From NCBI GenBank assembly GCA_009909005.1, contig JAAAOG010000087.1:1-24000 (forward strand): a stretch of 24,000 nucleotides of DNA, given 5' to 3'. This document shows, piece after piece, positions 1-8,570 of this stretch. Under the pieces are notes generated by a model that was not told the origin of the DNA, did not search any database, and saw nothing but the letters and a program-made list of their open reading frames with translations. Both the position numbers and the translations under genes were made by a program. Numbering within the stretch: position 1 is the stretch's first letter; every line of letters begins with the position of its first letter. This DNA is from Alphaproteobacteria bacterium. GTDB taxonomy: Bacteria > Pseudomonadota > Alphaproteobacteria > DSM-16000 > Inquilinaceae.

Positions 1-406
1 TGGCGATCAGTTCTTCAAGAAGCGTCCAGATTTTGTCTTTCACCTCATTGGAAAAACCTGCCAAGCTATGCGCTTTTCGAATTTCCAAAGCAACTCTGGA
101 AATTGCGAGGGCGCTATCGCGTCCGTCTTTGCCTAGCGCATCCTGGACTCTTGATACCAGGACCACGGCAAGCCTGATTGCAATAAGCAATTGACGGTCG
201 ACATTGGGGTATTGATCCAGCTGATCTGAAATACTTTCGATGGATCGACCAAGATCCTGAATTAGGGACTCAGCCTGCACCTGCACCAGAATGCGCCGAC
301 GCAGACGTCGGAGAGTCAACGCCACATAGACCGAGATGGCCAGCGAGACGAGGGAAACGGGCAGCCCGGCGATTGACGCCCAGCTGCCCGCCGCCGCGAG
401 GTCCAT
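1..406 (-). CDS. Hypothetical protein, N-terminal part only (gene runs off the window start). It has an N-terminal hydrophobic helix followed by a helical-looking region, and unusually low GC.
   Basis: This ORF is missing from the supplied track because the window edge truncates it. The reverse-strand ATG at 406 reads MDLAAAGSWASIAGLPVSLVSLAISVYVALTLRRLRRRILVQVQAESLIQDLGRSIESISDQLDQYPNVDRQLLIAIRLAVVLVSRVQDALGKDGRDSALAISRVALEIRKAHSLAGFSNEVKDKIWTLLEELIA and stays open to base 1. My hand count of bases 1-300 gives about 50% GC, visibly below the neighbouring genes. I recognise no family. Confidence 0.45.
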   Translation of the reverse strand, partial: MDLAAAGSWASIAGLPVSLVSLAISVYVALTLRRLRRRILVQVQAESLIQDLGRSIESISDQLDQYPNVDRQLLIAIRLAVVLVSRVQDALGKDGRDSALAISRVALEIRKAHSLAGFSNEVKDKIWTLLEELIA

Positions 407-415
407 GCCGGCCGG

Positions 416-2188
416 TCAGACCAGCACCATCCCCTCCTCCGAGGTCGCCTCCGTCGGATTGTCCTCGGGCCCGAGCAGGATCTCGTTATGGGCCGCGCCG
501 CCGGGGATCATCGGCCAGCAATTCTCGTGCTGGTCGACGTGCACATCGGCCACCACCGGCCGCTTGATGCGGATCATCTCTTCGATCATGCCGTCGACAT
601 CCTCGACCTTGGTGGCGCGCAGGCCGACAAGACCGAAGGATTCCGCCAGCTTGACGAAGTCCGGCAGCGAATCGGAGTAGCTCTCCGAATAGCGCTCGCC
701 GTGCAGCAGCTGCTGCCACTGCCGCACCATGCCCATCCAGTGATTGTTGACGATGAACAGCTTCACCGGAAGCTTGTACTGGGCGAAGGTGCCGAGCTCC
801 TGGATTGTCATCATCACCGAGGCCTCGCCGGCGACATCGATGACCAGCGCATCGGGATGAGCGATCTGCACGCCCATCGCGGCCGGCAGGCCGTAACCCA
901 TGGTCCCGAGCCCGCCGGAGGTCATCCAGCGATTGGGCTTTTCGAAGGGGATGAACTGGGCCGCCCACATCTGGTGCTGCCCGACCTCGGTGGTGATGTA
1001 CACGTCGTCGCGGTGGTTGGTCAGCTCGGCCAGCCGCTTGATGGCGTATTGCGGCTTGATGATCGAGCCCGGCGCCTTGCTCTGGTTGAACTTCAGGCAG
1101 TCGCGGCGCCGCCACTCGGCGATCTGGGCCCACCAGGACTCCAGCGCCCGTTTGTCGGCCTTGTACCCGCGCGCCCCCCAGATGCGGATCATCTCCTGCA
1201 GGACGGTGCCGCAATCGCCTATGATCGGCAGGTCGACCCGGACATTCTTGTTGATCGAGCTGGGGTCGATGTCGACATGCACCTTTGTCGAGTTCGGGGA
1301 GAAGGCATCGATCCGCCCCGTCACCCGGTCGTCGAACCGCGCGCCGATGCACAGCATCAGGTCGCACTGGTGCATGGCCAGATTGGCCTCGTAGGTGCCG
1401 TGCATCCCCAGCATGCCGAGGAAATGCTTGTCGGAGGCCGGCAATGCCCCCAGCCCCATCAGCGTGTTGGTGCAGGGAAAGCCGGTCATGCGGACCAGCG
1501 AGGTCAGCAGCTCCGAGGCTTTCGGGCCGGAATTGATCACGCCGCCGCCGGTGTAGAAGATCGGCCGCTTCGCCTCGGCCATCATCTCCACGGCCTTTTC
1601 GACCGAGGCCGATTCCGGGATCAGCTTCGGCCGATAGGTGCGGTGCTCGACCGCATCGGCCGAAACATAATCGCCGCTGGCGAACTGGATGTCCTTGGGC
1701 AGGTCGACCACCACCGGCCCCGGCCGGCCGGCACGGGCGACATAGAACGCCTCGTGAATAGTGCGGGCGACGTTATTGACGTCTTTCACGAGGTAATTGT
1801 GCTTGGTGCACGGCCGGGTGATCCCGGTCGTGTCGCATTCCTGGAAGGCGTCATTGCCGATCAGATGGGTCGGCACCTGGCCGGTCAGGCAGACGAGCGG
1901 GATGCTGTCCATCAGCGCATCCGTCAGGCCCGTCACGGCATTGGTGGCGCCGGGCCCCGAGGTCACCAGCACGACACCCACTTTCCCGGTCGAGCGCGCA
2001 TAGCCTTCGGCGGCATGGACTGCGCCCTGCTCGTGCCGTACGAGAATGTGCCGGACCTGGTTCTGCTTGAACAGGACGTCGTAAATCGGCAGGACGGCGC
2101 CGCCGGGATAGCCGAACACCACATCCACGCCCTGATCCACCAAAGCCTTAATGACCATTTCCGCGCCGGTCATCACCTGGTCAGACAT
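416..2188 (-). CDS. ilvB: Acetolactate synthase (acetohydroxyacid synthase) large catalytic subunit, biosynthetic type
   Basis: The ORF is 590 aa. The N-terminus MSDQVMTGAEMVIKALVDQGVDVVFGYPGGAVLPIYD, the motifs GPGATNAVTGL and RPGPVVVDLPKD, and the C-terminal ThDP-binding region GGLGTMGYGLPAAMG...NNHWMGMVRQWQ are typical of AHAS large subunits along the full length. Confidence 0.95.
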   Translation of the reverse strand: MSDQVMTGAEMVIKALVDQGVDVVFGYPGGAVLPIYDVLFKQNQVRHILVRHEQGAVHAAEGYARSTGKVGVVLVTSGPGATNAVTGLTDALMDSIPLVCLTGQVPTHLIGNDAFQECDTTGITRPCTKHNYLVKDVNNVARTIHEAFYVARAGRPGPVVVDLPKDIQFASGDYVSADAVEHRTYRPKLIPESASVEKAVEMMAEAKRPIFYTGGGVINSGPKASELLTSLVRMTGFPCTNTLMGLGALPASDKHFLGMLGMHGTYEANLAMHQCDLMLCIGARFDDRVTGRIDAFSPNSTKVHVDIDPSSINKNVRVDLPIIGDCGTVLQEMIRIWGARGYKADKRALESWWAQIAEWRRRDCLKFNQSKAPGSIIKPQYAIKRLAELTNHRDDVYITTEVGQHQMWAAQFIPFEKPNRWMTSGGLGTMGYGLPAAMGVQIAHPDALVIDVAGEASVMMTIQELGTFAQYKLPVKLFIVNNHWMGMVRQWQQLLHGERYSESYSDSLPDFVKLAESFGLVGLRATKVEDVDGMIEEMIRIKRPVVADVHVDQHENCWPMIPGGAAHNEILLGPEDNPTEATSEEGMVLV

Positions 2189-2304
2189 CGTTCTCGTCCT
2201 TCAACTCCGATTGGTCGGGTCACGCATGCCCGCCAGCCGACAGGAAGCGCCTGTCAGAATTTCGCTGTTGGGCGGCAGGAACCTAGTCGCTCCATCGTCT
2301 CAGG

Positions 2305-3240
2305 TCAACGCCGTATTCGTAATTTCCTGAGGATCTCTGAAAGAAAACTTTTACAATATTGCGCCTCCAGGACGATGGGCTCAGGGGATGTGGCATCCGG
2401 TCGCAGCAGCCGGTTCCGGAACCAGGTCATCTGCCGCTTGGCATAGTGCCGTGTGGCCGTCTGCGCGCGGGCGATCGCCGCATCGCGCGACAGCTGCCCG
2501 TCGAGCCAGGCACCCAGTTCCGGCACGCCGATCGCCTTCATGACCGGCAGGCCGGGATCATAGCCCCGGTCGCGCAGGGCCCGGACTTCCGCCGCCGCCC
2601 CGGCTTCGACCATTGCCGGAAAGCGCCGGTCGCCGGCCGCATAGACGTCCCGACGCGGCGGCAGGACGAGCACCCGGTGAAAGCGGAGATGCGCCGGCGG
2701 CGTCGCCATCGCCGCCTGCCATTCCGCCAGGGAACGGCCGGTGGCTTCCAGCACCTCCCAGGCGCGCATCACCCTCTGGCTGTCCCCCGGCTCCAGCCGC
2801 GCCGCCATCGCCGGATCGCGGGCCGCCAGCGCCGCGTGCAGCCCTGCCGGCCCCTCGCCTTCCAGCCGCGTCCGGACCGCGGCGCGAATGGCCGCGGGGA
2901 TCGGCGGCATGTCGGCAATCCCCGCGCTCAAGGCCTCCAGATAGAGCCCGGTGCCGCCGACGACAATGGGGACGCGGCCCGCCGCCTCGGCTGCGCCGAT
3001 TTCGGCCAGCGCCATGTCCCGCCAGCGCCCGGCCGAGCAGGGCTGGTCGCCCGAGAGCACGCCGTAAAGGCGGTGCGGCGCCCGTTCCAGCAGGTCCGGG
3101 CCGGGCCGGGCGGTAAGAACCCGCAACGCCTCGTAGACCTGCATGCTGTCGGCATTGATCACCGTTCCGTCCAGCGACTCGGCCAGGTCGACCGCCAGAG
3201 CCGATTTGCCGGTGGCCGTCGGCCCGGCGACGAGAATCAC
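2305..3240 (-). CDS. miaA: tRNA dimethylallyltransferase (tRNA delta2-isopentenylpyrophosphate transferase)
   Basis: The N-terminal P-loop (M)ILVAGPTATGKSALAVDLA is followed by INADSMQVY and LTARP, the characteristic MiaA signature. The length is about 311 aa and the start codon at 3240 is GTG. Confidence 0.9.
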   Translation of the reverse strand: MILVAGPTATGKSALAVDLAESLDGTVINADSMQVYEALRVLTARPGPDLLERAPHRLYGVLSGDQPCSAGRWRDMALAEIGAAEAAGRVPIVVGGTGLYLEALSAGIADMPPIPAAIRAAVRTRLEGEGPAGLHAALAARDPAMAARLEPGDSQRVMRAWEVLEATGRSLAEWQAAMATPPAHLRFHRVLVLPPRRDVYAAGDRRFPAMVEAGAAAEVRALRDRGYDPGLPVMKAIGVPELGAWLDGQLSRDAAIARAQTATRHYAKRQMTWFRNRLLRPDATSPEPIVLEAQYCKSFLSEILRKLRIRR

Positions 3241-3284
3241 GTCGGTGAGCGCGTCGCTGCCGGCGATCGCGTCGGTCGGCGCGG

Positions 3285-3659
3285 TCAGGGGATCATCCAG
3301 GTTTCCGGATCGGGAATCGGCCGGCCCTCGCCCAGATATTTCATCCCCTTGACCGACCGGACGATCAGCCAGATCAGCCAGGCGAGCAGAACCAGCCAGC
3401 CGATAAGGATCATCGCCAGCAGCGAGCCGACGACGAGAAACAGGAGCCCGATCCAGAAGGTCTTGATCTGGAACCGGTAATGGCTGCGCACCCAGTCCGG
3501 GGCATCGTCCTTGTTGATATAGGCAATGACGACGCCGATGATTCCCGTAATGCCGACGATCACCCCCACCAGATAGAGGATATAGACGATGTTCGCCATA
3601 TTGGCCGGGTTGCTGCCGGCCGATGGCGGCGGGGGAGGGGGCGGCATGTTATAGGACAT
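3285..3659 (-). CDS. Small integral membrane protein with a proline-rich N-terminus (DUF4870/COG3671-like, my assignment from memory)
   Basis: The ORF is 124 aa. MSYNMPPPPPPPS is followed by two long hydrophobic stretches (IVYILYLVGVIVGITGIIGVVIAYI and FWIGLLFLVVGSLLAMILIGWLVLLAWLIWLIV) separated by NKDDAPDWVRSHYRFQIKTFW. Third codon positions are GC-rich. Confidence 0.7.
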   Translation of the reverse strand: MSYNMPPPPPPPSAGSNPANMANIVYILYLVGVIVGITGIIGVVIAYINKDDAPDWVRSHYRFQIKTFWIGLLFLVVGSLLAMILIGWLVLLAWLIWLIVRSVKGMKYLGEGRPIPDPETWMIP

Positions 3660-3797
3660 GGGGGCTGGGTGTCCTCGAAGGGCTTAAGGCGGACGCTCGG
3701 CGGCGCCGACAATCGTGCATTTTCGAATTGCTCAGGAGACGGTAAGACAGGGCGACGCCCCGATCAATCGTGCACCCCTGAGCCGGGCTGGTTTTCC

Positions 3798-4697
3798 ATG
3801 ACCTTCGTTCTGACGCTCGTCGGCCCCGAGGCCGACATGGAGTCCGTTGCCGCCGAGGCCCGCCGGGCCCTGGCCATTTACGGCGCCGCGCCGGCACAGA
3901 TCGACTGGCTGGCCCCGGGCCTCGCCTGCGATATCGCCTTCGACGCCGCCGGGGACGATCCGGAGGCCGTGCGGGCCGAGGGCACGGTCCGGACCGCCCT
4001 CAACACCGTCCCGGCCGACCTGGCGGTCCTGCCGGCGGCCGGGCGGCGCAAGCGACTGCTGGTGGCCGACATGGACTCGACCATCGTCACCGGCGAGACC
4101 CTGGACGAGCTGGCCATCCGCGCCGGCATCGGCGAGCAGGTGGTGCCGATCACCCGCCGTGCCATGAATGGCGAGATCGGCTTTGCCGAGGCCCTGGCGG
4201 AGCGTGTCGCCCTGCTGGAAGGCCGGCCGGCAACCCTGCTGGACGAGACCCTGGCCGCCGTCACCCTTAGCCCCGGCGCCGAAACCCTGGTGCGCACCAT
4301 GACGGCGCACGGCGCCCGGACGCTGCTGATCTCCGGCGGGTTTCACGTCTTCGCGGATGTGGTGGCGGCACGCTGCGGGTTTCACGAGGTCGAAGCCAAC
4401 CGGCTCGGCATCGCCGGCGGAACGCTGACCGGCACGGTCGCGGGACCGGTGGTCGGCAAGGAACGCAAATATGAGGCGCTGCAGGCCCTGACCGCCGAAC
4501 TCGGACTGGACCCGTCCGAAACCCTGGCGGTGGGCGACGGTGCCAATGACCTGCCGATGCTGGAGGCGGCCGGCCTGGGCGTGGCCTACCGGGCCAAGCC
4601 CGCCGTGCGGACACGCATCCGCGCCCGCGTCGAGCACGCCGACCTGACCGCGCTGCTCTATTTCCAGGGATATCGCCGCAGTGAATTCGCCGATTGA
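3798..4697 (+). CDS. serB: Phosphoserine phosphatase (HAD superfamily)
   Basis: The protein shows HAD motif I LLVADMDSTIVTGETLDELA, a later ISGGF, and motif III VGDGANDLPMLEAAGLGVAY. I chose the internal ATG at 3798 (MTFVLTLVGPE...). The track start at 3480 would overlap the divergent membrane-protein gene and adds an Arg/Gly-rich, junk-like extension. Confidence 0.9.
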   Translation: MTFVLTLVGPEADMESVAAEARRALAIYGAAPAQIDWLAPGLACDIAFDAAGDDPEAVRAEGTVRTALNTVPADLAVLPAAGRRKRLLVADMDSTIVTGETLDELAIRAGIGEQVVPITRRAMNGEIGFAEALAERVALLEGRPATLLDETLAAVTLSPGAETLVRTMTAHGARTLLISGGFHVFADVVAARCGFHEVEANRLGIAGGTLTGTVAGPVVGKERKYEALQALTAELGLDPSETLAVGDGANDLPMLEAAGLGVAYRAKPAVRTRIRARVEHADLTALLYFQGYRRSEFAD

Positions 4698-4721
4698 GGC
4701 GACGCTCGCGCAGCTCCGCCC

Positions 4722-5495
4722 TCAGATGCAGCGGCCGCCATCGACCTCGAAGTGCACGCCCGTGACGAAGGAGGCCTCGTCGGAGGCGAGATAGACGGCG
4801 GCATTGGCCACGTCTTCCGGCTTGGTCAGGCGGCCGAGCGGGATGGTGGCCATGAACTGGGTCCGGCGCTCCGGCGTGTCCTCGCCTTCCAGGAAGTCCT
4901 GGAAATGCCGGTACTCGCCGAGAACCGGATTGATGGCATTGACCCGGACCTTGCGCGGCGCCAGCTCCAGCGCCATCGCCTTGGTCGCCGACAGCACCGC
5001 CCCTTTTGAGGCGCTGTACCACGCCATGCCGGCCCGCGGCCGGAGCCCGGCGGTCGAGCCGATATTGAGGATGGAGCCGCTGCCGCGCTGTTCGAACAGC
5101 GGCACGGCGTGGCGGGCGGCCAGGAAGATCGCCTTCACGTTCACCGCGAACATGCGGTCGTATTCGGCCTCGCTGACCTCCAGCATCGACTTGCGCGGGT
5201 GCCAGGCGCTGGCATTGTTGACGAGAATATCGAGCCCGCCGAAATGCTCGACGGCCGCCTTCAGCATCCAGGCGCTGTCGTCGTCGCGGGTGACGTCGGC
5301 TTCGACGAACAGGGCATGCCGCGGATTGGGCTCGTTGATCTCCTCGACCAGCTGGTTGCCGCGGTCGACCTCGATATCGACGACCACCACCTTGGCACCT
5401 TCGCGCGCGAAGCTGCGGGCGATCGACTCGCCGACGCCGGAGGCAGCGCCGGTAATGACCGCGACCTTGCCGCGCAGCCGCAGGTTCATGCCCAT
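4722..5495 (-). CDS. Short-chain dehydrogenase/reductase (SDR) family oxidoreductase, substrate unknown
   Basis: The Rossmann motif [12 protein letters not shown] (TGxxxGxG), NNAS and the catalytic YSASKGAV are present. The ATG at 5495 lies 5-6 nt downstream of GGGGAGG (reverse complement of 5501-5508). The track start at 5510 is a TTG. Confidence 0.85.
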   Translation of the reverse strand: MGMNLRLRGKVAVITGAASGVGESIARSFAREGAKVVVVDIEVDRGNQLVEEINEPNPRHALFVEADVTRDDDSAWMLKAAVEHFGGLDILVNNASAWHPRKSMLEVSEAEYDRMFAVNVKAIFLAARHAVPLFEQRGSGSILNIGSTAGLRPRAGMAWYSASKGAVLSATKAMALELAPRKVRVNAINPVLGEYRHFQDFLEGEDTPERRTQFMATIPLGRLTKPEDVANAAVYLASDEASFVTGVHFEVDGGRCI

Positions 5496-5648
5496 CTCGG
5501 ACCTCCCCAAGGCCGGCTGCGGTGCCGGCCGATCGTTCCCGGTTCTCGGACCGCCCCGACGGGCATCTCAGCGAATCGGCCGCGTTGCGGCCTGGCTGGA
5601 ATGGGTCTAGGACTCGACAGGCAAGGCCCGCGGACGATTTTGCCTGCC

Positions 5649-7100
5649 ATGACCGACATCGAAGCCGCACCGATCCTGCTGGTCGAAGATACCGCCTCCC
5701 TGGCGCGGGTGTACATTGCCTATCTTGCCAAGGTGTCCCTGCCGGTCCGGCATGTCGAGACCGGCGCGGCGGCGCTCGACATGTTGCGCACCCAACCGCC
5801 GCCGGTGGTGCTGCTCGACCTCCACCTGCCCGACATGGACGGCATGGAGATCCTGCGCTTCGCCGAGCAGGAAGAACTTCCGGTCGCGATCGTCGTCATT
5901 ACCGCGCATGGGTCGATCAATGTCGCCGTCGAGGCCATGCAGCATGGCGCCTACGACTTTATCGTCAAGCCCTTCAGCGCCGACCGGCTGACGGTGACGG
6001 TGCGCAACGCGCTCGAGCGCATGCGCCTCGCCCGGATCGTCGAGTCCTATCGCGACGAAGGTGCTCCGGGCCGCTATGAGGGCTTTATCGGCTCCTCCCT
6101 GGCCATGCAGTCGGTCTACCGGATCATCGACAGTGCCGCGGCATCGAAGGCGACGGTGTTCATCACCGGGGAGAGCGGCACCGGCAAGGAGGTGTGTGCG
6201 GAAGCCATCCACCGGCGCAGTCCGCGCCGCGACCGCCCCTTTGTTGCCCTCAATTGCGGCGCCATTCCGAAGGAGCTGGTCGAGTCGGAGCTGTTCGGCC
6301 ATGTCCGCGGCGCATTCACCGGGGCAGTGACCGACCGCGAGGGGGCGGCGGCCCGCGCTGCCGGCGGCACGCTGTTCCTCGACGAAATCTGCGAACTGGA
6401 ACTCGGGGTGCAGACCAAGCTGCTGCGCTTCATTCAGACCGGGACGTTCCAGAAGGTCGGCGGCAGCCGCACGGAAAGCGTCGACCTGCGCATTCTCTGC
6501 GCCACAAACCGTGATCCGCTGACCGAGGTCGAAGCCGGACGTTTCCGCGAGGATCTCTATTACCGGCTGCATGTCATCCCGCTGCACCTGCCGCCTTTGC
6601 GGGAGCGGGAGGACGACGCGGTCGAAATCGCCCGCCAGTTCCTCATGGATTTCGCCGCCGAGGAAGGCAAGCTCTTCGCCCGGTTCGACCCGGCCGCGGA
6701 AACACTTTTGCGCTCTTATGCCTGGCCCGGAAATGTGCGGCAGCTGCAGAACATGATCCGCCAGATCGTCGTTCTGCAAAGCGGCGAGACGGTGACGGCG
6801 GAGATGCTGCCGCCGCCGATCGGCCAGGGGCCGCATGGCGCCCTGCCGGGCCGCCCCGCCGCGACCGCGCCGGCGTCGCGGCAGCCGGCTGCAGCGGAGC
6901 TGTCGGATCGCCCGGCTGACGCACAGGAACGGCCGGATCCCGGACGGATCCGGCCGCTCTGGCAGGTCGAGAAAGAGGCGATCGAGCGGGCGATCGCGGC
7001 AGCGGACGGAAACATTCCGCGGGCTGCCGCATGGCTTGGCATCAGCGCGTCAACCATTTACCGCAAACGACTCGCCTGGGAGGCGGACAGGACAAGCTGA
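5649..7100 (+). CDS. luxO: Sigma-54-dependent response regulator of the LuxO type (REC + AAA+ + Fis-type HTH)
   Basis: I take the start at ATG 5649 ([17 protein letters not shown]...). The REC domain carries the phospho-acceptor context [13 protein letters not shown]. The AAA+ domain has Walker A GESGTGKE and the sigma-54 contact loop GAFTGA. The C-terminal HTH reads [21 protein letters not shown]. The strings [69 protein letters not shown] and [10 protein letters not shown] match my memory of Vibrio LuxO much better than NtrC. The track ORF start at 5109 lies inside the antisense SDR gene and I rejected it. Confidence 0.85.
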   Translation: MTDIEAAPILLVEDTASLARVYIAYLAKVSLPVRHVETGAAALDMLRTQPPPVVLLDLHLPDMDGMEILRFAEQEELPVAIVVITAHGSINVAVEAMQHGAYDFIVKPFSADRLTVTVRNALERMRLARIVESYRDEGAPGRYEGFIGSSLAMQSVYRIIDSAAASKATVFITGESGTGKEVCAEAIHRRSPRRDRPFVALNCGAIPKELVESELFGHVRGAFTGAVTDREGAAARAAGGTLFLDEICELELGVQTKLLRFIQTGTFQKVGGSRTESVDLRILCATNRDPLTEVEAGRFREDLYYRLHVIPLHLPPLREREDDAVEIARQFLMDFAAEEGKLFARFDPAAETLLRSYAWPGNVRQLQNMIRQIVVLQSGETVTAEMLPPPIGQGPHGALPGRPAATAPASRQPAAAELSDRPADAQERPDPGRIRPLWQVEKEAIERAIAAADGNIPRAAAWLGISASTIYRKRLAWEADRTS

Positions 7101-7163
7101 GCCGCCCCCTGCTGCGAAGCCCCGGGACCCTGTCGCCCGGCCCGTGCGGAGCGGGTCCTATGG

Positions 7164-7505
7164 TCACATCAGGTGCATATCCGCCTCGGCCATGATCTGC
7201 CGCCGCGCTTCGTCGCGCAGCAGGGCCATGCGGCGGCGAAGCCGATGGTCGGACATGGCAACGCCGCGGCGCTGCAGATCAGCCAGCACCTTGTCATGGA
7301 TGCAGTCGTCGCGATGCGGCCCGCAGTCGGTATCGACAAGCTCCGCCGCATAGGCTTCGGCCGACGGGGCCGGCAGGCCCATCAGCTCGGCGGCCCACAG
7401 GCCAAGCAGCTTGTTCCGGCGGCAGGTCACCCGGAAATCGAGGTCAAGATCGTGATGAAACTTTGCCTCGAAGCTCTGTTCGCGCTGGTCGAAGGTCGTC
7501 ATCAT
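7164..7505 (-). CDS. DUF1476 protein, F1-ATPase inhibitor zeta-subunit family
   Basis: MMTTFDQREQSFEAKFHHDLDLDFRVTCRRNKLLGLWAAELMG closely resembles the remembered Paracoccus zeta subunit N-terminus (MTTFDDRE..EAKFAHD....ARRN.LLG.WAA). The ATG at 7505 is preceded by GGGAG with 8-nt spacing. Confidence 0.8.
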   Translation of the reverse strand: MMTTFDQREQSFEAKFHHDLDLDFRVTCRRNKLLGLWAAELMGLPAPSAEAYAAELVDTDCGPHRDDCIHDKVLADLQRRGVAMSDHRLRRRMALLRDEARRQIMAEADMHLM

Positions 7506-7581
7506 CTTGGCAACTCCCTGGGGCGCCATCTCAGGACCGGGCCCCGTCCCTTTTTCCGGTCAGAATGTGGCCGAAGTCCCA

Positions 7582-7620
7582 TTAACACACCGTTAACATT
7601 TAATATAATCCGTTAACTTT
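7582..7620. promoter_or_regulatory. AT-rich regulatory patch containing TTAA-N7-TTAA, a duplicated CCGTTAAC motif and TTAACA-N16-TATAAT
   Basis: TTAACACACCGTTAA occupies 7582-7596. CCGTTAACATTT (7590-7601) recurs as CCGTTAACTTT (7610-7620). TATAAT sits at 7604-7609, 16 nt after TTAACA (7582-7587). The patch lies in the divergent intergenic region between the zeta-subunit gene and the NRDE gene. Confidence 0.3.
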
Positions 7621-7714
7621 GCCAATGCTTCGGGTTGCGGCCATATGCATCGGTGCTATGCGCTGTCATCCGGGCAGCCCACGGACATTCTGCTGCCCCA
7701 GGTGCGAGCCGGCC

Positions 7715-8545
7715 ATGTGCACCGTCATTATCCTGAACCGCCCCGGCCATGACTGGCCGGTGCTGATCGCTGCCAACCGCGATGAGCGGCTGAGCCGTCC
7801 CTGGCAGCCGCCCGGACGCCATTGGCCGGACCGGCCCTCGGTGCTGGCCGGCTACGACGTCCTGCGCGGCGGCAGCTGGATCGGCCTCAACGACTCGGGC
7901 GTCTTCGCCGTCGTGCTCAATCGGCGCGGCACGCTGGGCCCGGCGCCCGACAAGCTGAGCCGCGGCGATCTCGTCCTCCGGGCGCTGGAGCAGGCCAGCG
8001 CCGCCGCCGCGGCGCACGACCTTGCCGGGCTCGATCCCGAAGCCTATCGACCGTTCAACATGGTGATCGCCGACCGGCGGGACGTCTTCTGGCTGGCCCG
8101 GCGCGACGGCGCCGAGGCCGGAGACGACGGCCGGGGCGCGGCTCCGGCACCGGACGCCGTGTATATGGAAAGCGTGCCTGCCGGTTTCCACATGATCGCC
8201 GCCGACGATATGGACGATCCCCGCAGCCCGCGGCTCGCCCGCCTGCCGCTGTTCCAGACGGTCCCGGCACCCGATCCCTTGCTTCCGGAGACCTGGCAGC
8301 CCTGGGAGCGCCTGCTGGCCGACAGCCACTACGTGCCGGACGACGGTCCGATCGGGGCCCTGTGTGTCGTCACCGACCGCGATTACGGCACCGTCTCGGC
8401 CAGCCTGCTGGCGCTGCCCGCCGCCGACCGTGCCGATCTGGCGCCGGTCTGGCGTTTCGCGCCGGGACGCCCGGGCCGAACCGCTTTCCGCAGCGTCGAC
8501 CGGGCGCCGCGGCCGCCGGTCCCCGCCGATCAGCCAATTGATTGA
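7715..8545 (+). CDS. NRDE-family protein (DUF833/TANGO2-like)
   Basis: I chose the internal ATG at 7715 so the protein begins [24 protein letters not shown]. Met-Cys at the N-terminus plus the literal NRDE motif and GGSWIG are the family hallmarks. The track start at 7619 adds a Cys/Pro-rich extension that seems unlikely to be real. Confidence 0.8.
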   Translation: MCTVIILNRPGHDWPVLIAANRDERLSRPWQPPGRHWPDRPSVLAGYDVLRGGSWIGLNDSGVFAVVLNRRGTLGPAPDKLSRGDLVLRALEQASAAAAAHDLAGLDPEAYRPFNMVIADRRDVFWLARRDGAEAGDDGRGAAPAPDAVYMESVPAGFHMIAADDMDDPRSPRLARLPLFQTVPAPDPLLPETWQPWERLLADSHYVPDDGPIGALCVVTDRDYGTVSASLLALPAADRADLAPVWRFAPGRPGRTAFRSVDRAPRPPVPADQPID

Positions 8546-8570
8546 GAAAAGCGCCGTTTCTTGTTATATC
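8542..8570 (+). promoter_or_regulatory. Candidate sigma-70-type promoter for purC (TTGAGA-N17-TATATC)
   Basis: TTGAGA at 8542-8547 overlaps the stop codon of the NRDE gene. A 17-nt spacer follows, then TATATC at 8565-8570, about 64 nt upstream of the purC ATG. This is a pattern match only. Confidence 0.3.

Noticed and set aside
488-2446. 652-aa + strand ORF covering the whole ilvB region
   Set aside because: It is antisense to a full-length, unmistakable acetolactate synthase gene. Its product is Arg/Gly/His/Asp-rich and low in complexity, typical of open antisense frames in high-GC DNA.
3480-3797. Long N-terminal extensions offered by the ORF track for serB (3480), the luxO-like gene (5109), purC (8364), purS (9248), bolA (9448), the NRDE gene (7619) and the MNT gene (21614)
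   Set aside because: Each extension overlaps a neighbouring well-supported gene or an intergenic region and lacks homology. Internal starts give N-termini that match the respective families. The coordinates given are those of the serB example.
5496-5648. Qrr-like sRNA gene divergent from the luxO-like gene, as in Vibrio
   Set aside because: I found no sigma-54 promoter, no LuxO box and no terminator-like hairpin with a U-tract on either strand. The small GGCCGC-GTT-GCGGCC hairpin (5578-5592) has no T-run, and the space is largely needed for the SDR gene's RBS and promoter.
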